64,000 nt of DNA from Spirochaetota bacterium. GTDB lineage: Bacteria > Spirochaetota > UBA4802 > UBA5550. The notes under the pieces were generated by a model. It did not search any database and was not told the DNA's origin. It saw nothing but the letters and a program-made list of their open reading frames with translations. Position numbers and translations under genes: made by a program. Location of the stretch: assembly GCA_963664815.2 (NCBI GenBank), contig CAXXHB010000003.1:192001-256000 (forward strand). Direction: 5' to 3'. Position 1 is the first letter of the stretch, and the number at the start of each line of letters is the position of its first letter. Positions 19,320 through 27,217 of this stretch are shown one piece after another.

Positions 19320-21005
19320 CTAAGCTCCCTGTTCCAGCGGCTGATTATCATCTCCCTTGATCATTACGGTATTTGATTCACCCGGTGGAACCATGGGGTA
19401 TACATTGTATTCCTCTGTGACCGGTACATTTATAAGTACCGGTCCTGGGATTCTCATACACTCCTCAATGGTTGGAGATGAGGAGCTGAACGGATTTATA
19501 CTTCTTCCGGTTATGTTGAATGCTTTTGCAATCTGCGGGAAGTCCGGAGAACTGCTGAATATTGAGGCTATATAGTTTCTGTTATAAAAAAGTTCCTGCT
19601 GCTGGCGTACAAGCCCAAGCTGGCCGTTATTCAGAAGTATTATTTTAATGTTAAGATTAAGATCTGAAAGAGTTGCCAGTTCCTGTATGTTCATAAGTAT
19701 CGAACCGTCGCCGCTGAAACATATTACCTGCTTATCCGGGTTGGCCAGAGCTGCGCCTATTGCGGCGGGGAGTCCGAAACCCATAGTTCCGAGACCTCCC
19801 GAGGTAAGGAAATTTCTCCCGGTGGTAAACTGGTAGTTTCTTGCAACCCACATCTGGTGTTGTCCAACATCTGTTGTTATAATTGCGTTATCCGCTGCAG
19901 CGGCTTTTACCTCCTTTATTACAGATTCGGGGTGAGAGGCAGCGCAGTAGTGAAATTTATCGTAACGTGTTTTCTTCTCTTCACATTTGTCTATCCATGC
20001 GTTTCTTTCTTTCTTATCAATCATCGGGATAATATGTTCAAGTGCGCTTTTTGCATCTGAAGCGAGAGAGATGGATGTTTTCTTTATTTTATTGATTTCT
20101 GAAGGGTCTATATCAATGTGGATAATAGACGCCTTTTTCCCGAAATGTGAAGCAACGCCGGTTGTCCTGTCTCCGAAACGGCTCCCTATGCAGACAATTA
20201 AATCTGACTCATCGAAGATAATGTTTGTGCTGTGATTGCCATGCATCCCCACAAGACCGAGGTAGAGTCTGTTATCACAGGGGAAAGAGCCAAGTCCCAT
20301 GAGCGAAACAGCAGTGGGGATTGAACTTCTTTCAGACATGGTTATAAGTTCGCTGAATGCGCCTGAAGCAATGATTCCTCCGCCGGCGCAGATTACCGGT
20401 CGTTCAGATGAGTTTATTCTATCCGCTATTGACCGGCAGATATCATGAGATGGAATTGTTTGATTTGAAACTTCGGCAGGTTCCGGAATAGCTTCTATTT
20501 CTATTATCTGGCTTTGAATGTCTTTGGGGACATCAATTACAATGGGACCGGGCCGCCCGCTTTGTGCTATGCGGAATGCATCGTTCATTATCATCGGGAG
20601 TTCAGCAGCGTTTTTTACCAGGAATGAATGCTTTGTAATGGAAAGAGTGAGACCGTACATATCAACCTCCTGGAAGGCATCTGTTCCGATAAGGGGGAGT
20701 GACACCTGTGCAGTTATGGCTATGATTGGAACGGAATCCAGCTTGGCATCGGCTATAGCCGTGATCAGGTTGGTTGCTCCGGGACCTGATGTGGCGATGC
20801 ATACGGCCGGTTTACCCGTTGAGCGTGCCATCCCCTGCGCAATAAAACCCGCACCCTGTTCATGGCGCGCCAGGACATGCCTGATGTTGCTGGCATAAAG
20901 CGCATTGTAAAGCGGCAGCGCGGCGCCGCCCGGGATACCAGTTACGGTTTCTATTCCATGTTTCTCAAGTGATTTAACTATTATTTCCGCACCTGACATT
21001 TTCAT
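19320..21005 (-). CDS. ilvB: Acetolactate synthase large subunit (AHAS I-like)
   Basis: VTGIPGG, ARHEQGAGFIAQGMAR, GTDAFQE, TDVGQHQMW, GDGSILMN ThDP motif. Confidence 0.93.
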   Translation of the reverse strand: MKMSGAEIIVKSLEKHGIETVTGIPGGAALPLYNALYASNIRHVLARHEQGAGFIAQGMARSTGKPAVCIATSGPGATNLITAIADAKLDSVPIIAITAQVSLPLIGTDAFQEVDMYGLTLSITKHSFLVKNAAELPMIMNDAFRIAQSGRPGPIVIDVPKDIQSQIIEIEAIPEPAEVSNQTIPSHDICRSIADRINSSERPVICAGGGIIASGAFSELITMSERSSIPTAVSLMGLGSFPCDNRLYLGLVGMHGNHSTNIIFDESDLIVCIGSRFGDRTTGVASHFGKKASIIHIDIDPSEINKIKKTSISLASDAKSALEHIIPMIDKKERNAWIDKCEEKKTRYDKFHYCAASHPESVIKEVKAAAADNAIITTDVGQHQMWVARNYQFTTGRNFLTSGGLGTMGFGLPAAIGAALANPDKQVICFSGDGSILMNIQELATLSDLNLNIKIILLNNGQLGLVRQQQELFYNRNYIASIFSSSPDFPQIAKAFNITGRSINPFSSSSPTIEECMRIPGPVLINVPVTEEYNVYPMVPPGESNTVMIKGDDNQPLEQGA

Positions 21006-21028
21006 AAAGGGCTCCTTTAGTTTTAAAT

Positions 21029-21066
21029 AAAAAAGCCCCCGTCGGTTTATACCGCGGGGGCTTTTT
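21029..21066 (-). terminator. Attenuator terminator upstream of ilvB
   Basis: Minus strand AAAAGCCCCCGCGGTATAAACCGACGGGGGCTTTTTT. Confidence 0.9.
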
Positions 21067-21088
21067 CTGTATTGTATAATAACTTACC

Positions 21089-21178
21089 CTACGGTATAAA
21101 CCGGTATGTATATGAGCTGACGACCACGAGTACGAGGTTAAGTAACAGAATGGTTGATGGGCTCAGAACGGGTTTCAT
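21089..21178 (-). CDS. ilv leader peptide (29 aa, not in the ORF track)
   Basis: Manual translation MKPVLSPSTILLLNLVLVVVSSYTYRFIP*; run of Ile/Leu/Val codons; 3' end complementary to the terminator. Confidence 0.85.
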   Translation of the reverse strand: MKPVLSPSTILLLNLVLVVVSSYTYRFIP

Positions 21179-21390
21179 TTATTATTTATTCCTTTTGATT
21201 TAAGATAAGAAATAAATAAGATAGAAAATTGTCAACTTTTTTGTGAGAAAAAATAGATAATATCGCTGCCCATACAGAGTGGGAAAATTGGTTCATATGT
21301 AAAACAATGGCAGATTTATGACAAATATCACAATCTGTTTAAAGAGTATTCAGTTTCGCTTCAATTACGCCTCAAACACCTTACTGACAG

Positions 21391-21930
21391 TTATAAATGC
21401 GCGTTTTTCTCTGTCGGCAACGGTATTGAAACGGTATTGAAACGGTTTTTAACAGGGTCTTCATACTGCTGAAACACACTCTTAACTGATTTGCCTCTGT
21501 TTTTGTCCGCATTAATATCATTCTGTTCATATCCTGTTCTGTTGTTTCCGGAATATGTGATTGTGTAATAAGTAGCGTCACAGGGAGCGGATGCAGCCAC
21601 TGCATCTTCTGTTACACTGCTTCCAGATGGAGTTACAGGTGAACCGGGTGCAATACCACGAAGGTATTCAGACATAAACAGGTTGTACCCTGACTTTTTC
21701 TTTCTCTTTGCCCTCACTCTGTAAAGGTTTTTCTCCTCTTCCGGAAGAACCTGCCAAGCCTTTACGCTGCCGCTGAAGTTACCTCTGCACTTCACCTGTG
21801 GTTCTGTGCGGGGATTAAAGGGGATTGTGCGTCTTTTGATGCAGGTTTTGCCGTAGCGTCTGTAAAGAACTAGCCCGTCCAGACCGCCATGTGCAGTTCT
21901 GAGAAAGGGATGAAGCTTTGTTATTGCCAT
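21391..21930 (-). CDS. Basic hypothetical protein with HMG-box-like motifs and low-complexity tail
   Basis: RBS AAGGAG; GGLDGLVLYRRYGK..NPRTEPQ..W..LPEEEK..Y...A....SGYNLFMSEY. Confidence 0.7.
   Translation of the reverse strand: MAITKLHPFLRTAHGGLDGLVLYRRYGKTCIKRRTIPFNPRTEPQVKCRGNFSGSVKAWQVLPEEEKNLYRVRAKRKKKSGYNLFMSEYLRGIAPGSPVTPSGSSVTEDAVAASAPCDATYYTITYSGNNRTGYEQNDINADKNRGKSVKSVFQQYEDPVKNRFNTVSIPLPTEKNAHL
21419..21446. repeat. 11-bp tandem repeat, 2.5 copies
   Basis: AACGGTATTGA AACGGTATTGA AACGGT. Confidence 0.8.
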
Positions 21931-22651
21931 GATGTTACTCTCCTTTTGATGTTATATTAAGATTTATGTCACTTATAACAAGTCCGGAAAAACAAATGAC
22001 ATGGGGCAAGCAGAATTTTTAAAAAATTTATCAGACTGGATTGTGAACATGTTGCCTTGCCGTCTCCGGGGGCGCCGACTGAATCTGCTGAAGGTATACC
22101 TCGGGTTTTGCGAGATAAACGGGAAATGTATCGAGGGGAACATTGGCCACTTAAAAGACATTGTACTATAGGTTTTGATGCAAGCTTGTTTACCAACGGG
22201 GATTTTCTGTTAATAAATATAATACACTTTTAATATGTAAATATTGTTTATGGAACTATTTTTAAACAAATCGGGTCTAAAAAGAGTTCAAATAACGGAT
22301 GGGTGATGTGCAAAGCGAATAATATTAATGGTTATTTAGCAGATGAGCTTTTAATTAAGTCATCCCTCAAACTGAATAATTCATTGTAAATCACTCATTG
22401 ATAAAAATAAAATATACTTTTTTAACCGACATAAGAAGTGAAAAGATATAATAAAACCAGAAGTATCATAACCGGATATATGAACTGCTGAAAAACTGAA
22501 AGCCACATAATCCCCGGTAAGTAGAAGGAACCGTAATTTATTGAATTATATATTGACTTTTAATTTCCTGAAATTAATTTCGCTTTAAAGCGGTTAGATA
22601 GAGTTTACGGTCTGATGTTATATAAATATGGCGTTTTTACAGGAGCAGAAA

Positions 22652-24235
22652 ATGTTATTCGGAAAAACTGAAAAATATAAAAACAGGATGGCAGCATCTC
22701 TTTACATTCTGTTGCTGCTTGCAGTGAGCGCCTGCGGAGGGGGCGGAAGCAGTGACAGTGAACCTGCTGCAGGGACTAAATGGACTATAATGTATTACGG
22801 AGATGCTGACAATAACCTTGAAAGTGAACTGCTAAGTGATGTAGCTGAAATGAAGACCGGTATTGTAGATGGTCAGGGCGTTAATGTCATTGTACTGTTT
22901 GACAGAATTTCCGGAGAGAGCAGCGATTCAACCGTCTTTGGAAGTAATTTTACAGATACAAGGATATACAGAATTACGCATGGCAATACCTGGCGAAAAA
23001 GCGGCGCCACACAGTTCCCTGAAATAACTGAGAGTTCTTCATACGAGGCGAATATGGGGGATGCAAAAACTTTAAAGAAATTCATACAGTACTGCAAGGC
23101 GAATTACCCGGCAGATAATTATGCCCTTATACTCTCCAATCATGGAGGGGGACCAAAGAAGAAATCAGCATCATTATCCTCTTCAACAACTGACAGCAAT
23201 TCAGCAACTACAAAGAGCATCTGCTGGGATACAACAAGCTCCGACGATTTTCTTTATACGGCGGAGATAAGCGATACCCTTACATCGTCTGAATCTGTTC
23301 AGTTATTCGGCCTGGATGCATGCTTTATGTCTTCAGTTGAGTTTGCCTACCAGTTCCGCAATGATACAAGCAATACTGGATTTAAAGCGGAGATTATGGT
23401 TGCCTCTGCTCCCACTGAAACGGGATACGGCTGGGATTACGATGCCATACTTGACAGGCTTCAGAGCGGCGGAGGCAACAACGGTGAAACAGATATAACT
23501 CTCGGCGGTTATGAACAATATTACGATCCGGCTACACTTACTGCAACCCAGCTTGGCGCCATAATAATTGAGGAACAGAGAGATTCAACTGCAAGTGATT
23601 CGAGCCAGTCGCTTACATGTCTTGATTTATCAAAGGTTAAGGCAGTGAAAGATGCAGTTGATGCAATGGCGGTGGCGCTTACAGCAGGGACATCATCAAC
23701 AGACAAGACTAATCTTGAAGCGTTAAGAGGAAATGCGATGACTGCTAAACTGCTTCATTATTTTGATGAGACTGATGTAGATGAATGGATTGCTTATCCG
23801 TTTTTCGATCTATATAATCTTGCAGTGGCAATATATGGGAGTTCAAGTTTTAGCACTACTGTTAAAGATGATGCGAATGCGATAAAAACTGCAGTTGACG
23901 ACTTCGTTCTCTATTCATTTGCCAATTCAGATTTTACTACTGGGGCAGGTTCATATTACGGAGCCGATCCATTTATTGAAGGTAAAAGTGGTGTTCATAT
24001 ATTTTTCCCTGACGGTGATTATACATTGGGGAGTTATACATGCTGGGCTTACCAGTGGTGGTATAATGCCGCTGATCTTACAGCTTATACAGCAACAAAA
24101 TCTGTATATGGAAAACTTGCATGGTGCATTGATAACAAAACTACAACGACTTCAAATGTCGGCAACTGGTTTGAGCTTCTTGACAGCTGGTTCGATGTAA
24201 GCACCGGGACTGGCGTTAATTTATACCAGTGGTAG
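22652..24235 (+). CDS. Clostripain-family (C11) cysteine peptidase lipoprotein
   Basis: RBS AGGAG, lipobox VSAC, WTIMYYGDADNNLE, EANMGD, catalytic NHGGG and LDACFM. Confidence 0.92.
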   Translation: MLFGKTEKYKNRMAASLYILLLLAVSACGGGGSSDSEPAAGTKWTIMYYGDADNNLESELLSDVAEMKTGIVDGQGVNVIVLFDRISGESSDSTVFGSNFTDTRIYRITHGNTWRKSGATQFPEITESSSYEANMGDAKTLKKFIQYCKANYPADNYALILSNHGGGPKKKSASLSSSTTDSNSATTKSICWDTTSSDDFLYTAEISDTLTSSESVQLFGLDACFMSSVEFAYQFRNDTSNTGFKAEIMVASAPTETGYGWDYDAILDRLQSGGGNNGETDITLGGYEQYYDPATLTATQLGAIIIEEQRDSTASDSSQSLTCLDLSKVKAVKDAVDAMAVALTAGTSSTDKTNLEALRGNAMTAKLLHYFDETDVDEWIAYPFFDLYNLAVAIYGSSSFSTTVKDDANAIKTAVDDFVLYSFANSDFTTGAGSYYGADPFIEGKSGVHIFFPDGDYTLGSYTCWAYQWWYNAADLTAYTATKSVYGKLAWCIDNKTTTTSNVGNWFELLDSWFDVSTGTGVNLYQW

Positions 24236-24241
24236 TGAACA

Positions 24242-24510
24242 TGCATGCTTCGACTCCACGGCTGGTGAGCCTGTCAAACCACGGGGAGCGTGTGAGTAGT
24301 GGATGTGCATGCTTCGACTCCGCTCAGCAAGCGTGTGGGTAGTGGATTTTTGAGTTCGTGTTCAGGACGCTCATTGAGCGGAGTCGAAATGAGCTGTTTT
24401 GGGCACGATGTGCGAGTAGTAGACGTGCATGCTTCGACTCCACGGCTGGTGAGCCTGTCGAACCACAGCAAGCATGTGGGTAGTGGATTTTTAAGTTTAT
24501 GCTCAGGACG
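24242..24510. repeat. REP-like hairpin array, left of the nuclease
   Basis: TGCATGCTTCGACTCC at 24242, 24306 and 24426; TTCGACTCCGCTCA (24313) inverted with TGAGCGGAGTCGAA (24375). Confidence 0.9.
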
Positions 24511-24570
24511 TTTAATGTGCTGTTATTAAAAAAAATTACTTTATTACTTAATCCTGTTCGTATCTATAAT

Positions 24571-24873
24571 ATGCCATATATGTACATACTGAGATGTATT
24601 GATGATACTTATTATACAGGCAGTACCTGGGATTTGGATAGAAGATTGGAACAACATAATGCCGGAGAGGGTGCTAATTATACTTCAAAAAGAATCCCTG
24701 TAGCATTAGTATATTATGAATACTATGATTCAATAAGCACAGCGTATGAACGTGAAAAGCAGATTCAGGGATGGAATCGTGCTAAAAAGAAGGCATTGAT
24801 TAATGGCAATAAAGAAGAACTTCACCTTAGCTCAGAATGTAGTAATGAAACTCATTTCAGTAATAAAAAGTAA
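24571..24873 (+). CDS. Small stand-alone GIY-YIG nuclease (UPF0213/YhbQ-like)
   Basis: YMYILRC.D.TYYTGST.DL.RRL.QHN.G.GA.YT..R, catalytic-type E in AYEREKQI, W.RAKK.ALI. Confidence 0.92.
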   Translation: MPYMYILRCIDDTYYTGSTWDLDRRLEQHNAGEGANYTSKRIPVALVYYEYYDSISTAYEREKQIQGWNRAKKKALINGNKEELHLSSECSNETHFSNKK

Positions 24874-24882
24874 TAGAAAACT

Positions 24883-25134
24883 TGCATGCTTTGACTCCAA
24901 GGTTGGTGAGCCTGTCGAACCACAGCAAGCGTGTGGGTAGTTGACTTTTGAGTTCGTGTTCAGGACGCTCATTGAGCGGAGTCGAAATGAGCAATTTATG
25001 AATATGACTAATACCGATCGGCTTGTACTGAGCGTAGCCGGAGTAAGCCGAATGAGCAATTTATGAATACGACTAATACCGATTGGCTTGTGCTGGTCAC
25101 AGCCGGAGTAAGTCGAAATGAGCAATTTATGAAT
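24883..25134. repeat. REP-like array right of the nuclease plus 65/66-bp tandem repeat
   Basis: 24883-24967 is a near copy of 24426-24510; AATGAGCAATTTATGAAT recurs at 24986, 25051 and 25117. Confidence 0.9.
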
Positions 25135-25172
25135 GAAACCTTTTCAAAATGTGAACAAAACGAGGTTAACAG

Positions 25173-25694
25173 ATGAAAAAAACAGATATTATATTTATGC
25201 TTATTATTGCATCAGCCTTGTTTTGCGGATGCACTACTTTTTTCTCAAAAGCCGGTAATGCAGAAAGAGTATTAACTCATGAAATCAGATACAGTCACAA
25301 GGGGTCGAAGTCCGAGGGTCGAAGCGGTTATCTGAATTTTAAAAATGTTCTGCTTCCTGACTGTTTCAGTACGGTTGTTGATGGCGGTATGGTTTACATT
25401 TTTAAGTCAAAGAATACAACATGGGGTGATGACGGCTATTTCCCCTCTGATGGCGAACCTGCAGAGAGGGTTTATCCATCGGTAAACAACAGGATTTCTG
25501 ATGAAGATATTTCCCGTGGATGGTGTGAAGTAACCGGACATTATATTAATGCCCCTGCCGGATGGATCTTCGTTAAATGGTCAAACGGCAGTGCTGTGTT
25601 ATCTCCCGTTAAAGTTGATGAATTTGTAAAAGTAAAATCTATCAGACTTATTCCAAGAAATACAATGTTCTCCGGGAAGACGCTTTTAAGATAG
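25173..25694 (+). CDS. Hypothetical lipoprotein
   Basis: RBS GAGG, MKK start, hydrophobic stretch, FCGC lipobox-like. Confidence 0.7.
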   Translation: MKKTDIIFMLIIASALFCGCTTFFSKAGNAERVLTHEIRYSHKGSKSEGRSGYLNFKNVLLPDCFSTVVDGGMVYIFKSKNTTWGDDGYFPSDGEPAERVYPSVNNRISDEDISRGWCEVTGHYINAPAGWIFVKWSNGSAVLSPVKVDEFVKVKSIRLIPRNTMFSGKTLLR

Positions 25695-25993
25695 CATACA
25701 TGATTACAACAGCAGTCTCGTGGTGTTTGATTTGTACTGCTTCATTCTTAAATATAATATAAAATTGCAAAAAAACTGCATCTTAATGTTTATTACTTCC
25801 TGTTTTTTCAGTATTATTTTTTACAAAAAGATTAAAATGTTTATATTATTATCCACAATCTTAATTATTAAAAAAAAATAATCAATTAATCGCTCTATTA
25901 TTTGTTTATTTTTGAATATAAATGTTAAAAATACGTTGACATAGCGTCATATTGTGAATTTATACCCTTTAATATCGATAAAGGAGATGTTAT

Positions 25994-26272
25994 ATGAAAA
26001 AGATTTTTGCTCATTTATTTATTGTTGCGTTGCTGATTTCGGCAATTGGGTGTACTTCTTATCATCCGATTTCAGCAACATCAAATCCTCTTGGATCTAA
26101 AACTGGAGAATCCAGCAGACTTTACATTTTGGGTCTCATTCCTACCGGAGGAGAAAACACCATTTCTGCTGCTGCAAAAGAGGGGAAGATTACAAAAATA
26201 TCTACCGTTGATTTCAAGTGGTCCTGGTATGTCTTTGCAATTCAGCATACAACAATTGTTACTGGTGAATAA
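25994..26272 (+). CDS. TRL-like family lipoprotein
   Basis: RBS AAGGAG, lipobox AIGC, ATSNPLGSKTGES..ILGL...ISAAAKEGKITKISTVD...TIVTGE. Confidence 0.8.
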   Translation: MKKIFAHLFIVALLISAIGCTSYHPISATSNPLGSKTGESSRLYILGLIPTGGENTISAAAKEGKITKISTVDFKWSWYVFAIQHTTIVTGE

Positions 26273-26277
26273 AACTA

Positions 26278-26309
26278 TCCGGGAGGGGGGTATATGTCCC
26301 CCTCCTGAT
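26278..26309 (+). terminator. GC-rich hairpin after the TRL-like gene
   Basis: GGAGGGGG-GTATATGT-CCCCCTCC stem; no T-tail on the + strand. Confidence 0.5.
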
Positions 26310-26468
26310 AAAAATCAACAGTAAAATTCAGGATAAGCTTTATAATAAATTTAATAATACGTTTACATTTTCAATTACTACATCATCCTGGTTTTCACAA
26401 AATTAAAGCCTGTTATAATTTATAATTTAAAATTTAAAAAAATCTAATATATCTGAATGAAATAAACT

Positions 26469-27011
26469 ATGACCAAAAAATTTTTAATAATTCTTCTTAT
26501 ACAACTACAACTTATCTTTACCTTCGGATGTTCGAATAATGAAAAGAAAGAAGACTACCTGGAAGCTGGTATATTCTCCTTTTCAAAACCTGATAATAAT
26601 ATCTGGAACCTGGATTCTCCGGATATACTTTCAAAGTTTTATCCAAAATATAAAGAGGATAATTTAACCATCATCCCTGTTACCTCGTTTTCCACTAAAA
26701 AAAACAATGGTGTTATAATCATATCAAAAATTATAACTGATGGATTATTATCTTCATCATTAAAGGAATCGCAGGAAAAATTTAAAAATAAAAATAAACA
26801 GGTAAGGAAGACATTTGAAGATTCGTATATAATAAATGGTCTTAATTTCAAACATTATTTATTTGATACAAAAGTTACATTTACAAGGATCTATGTGACA
26901 AATAATATAAAAAACCCGACGGATGCTTTGATTATTGATTTTATATGCCAGCCGGATCAATATCAGATATTATCTTCTTCTTTTAAAAGCTTTATTTTAT
27001 CTTTTAAGTAG
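26469..27011 (+). CDS. Hypothetical lipoprotein, very AT-rich
   Basis: Signal peptide with TFGC lipobox. Confidence 0.65.
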   Translation: MTKKFLIILLIQLQLIFTFGCSNNEKKEDYLEAGIFSFSKPDNNIWNLDSPDILSKFYPKYKEDNLTIIPVTSFSTKKNNGVIIISKIITDGLLSSSLKESQEKFKNKNKQVRKTFEDSYIINGLNFKHYLFDTKVTFTRIYVTNNIKNPTDALIIDFICQPDQYQILSSSFKSFILSFK

Positions 27012-27217
27012 TGACGATTGATGAAAGATAATTGTGAATTTAAATAAATTTCTTCAGTAGGGAAATTCTGATTTTATCCGGTTTCTGGTGGTAGTTCCCC
27101 AAGGTTCACCCCCCCGATTTATTATGCAACTTTTTAAGCAGCAGATCTGTTATTACAAACATAAAGTGTAATAAAAAAAAAGCGTAATAAAATTCCGTTC
27201 AGGGGAGTTGTAAATAA

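Noticed and set aside
21419-21446. CRISPR-like GTTTCAAT/ATTGAAAC motif
   Set aside because: Only an 11-bp tandem repeat with no spacers
22140-22200. c-di-GMP-I riboswitch on the minus strand (GGTAAAC...CAAAAC)
   Set aside because: No GAAA-capped P2 stem and no ACGCAAA motif
24274-25125. Short ORFs 24274..24471, 24299..24529 and 24832..25125
   Set aside because: Translations of the repeat array; the N-terminal extension of 24499..24873 is also repeat-derived
24242-25134. CRISPR array
   Set aside because: Units are irregular, nested and in both orientations, the intervening sequences repeat each other, and there are no cas genes
25849-25857. DnaA box TTATCCACA suggesting oriC
   Set aside because: Single intergenic box, no cluster, no dnaA; other matches lie inside coding regions
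27055-27120. Cobalamin riboswitch before the B12 radical SAM gene
   Set aside because: AGGGAA and ATCCGG are present, but the GGTG, CCCCGC-ACTGT and B12-box elements are missing
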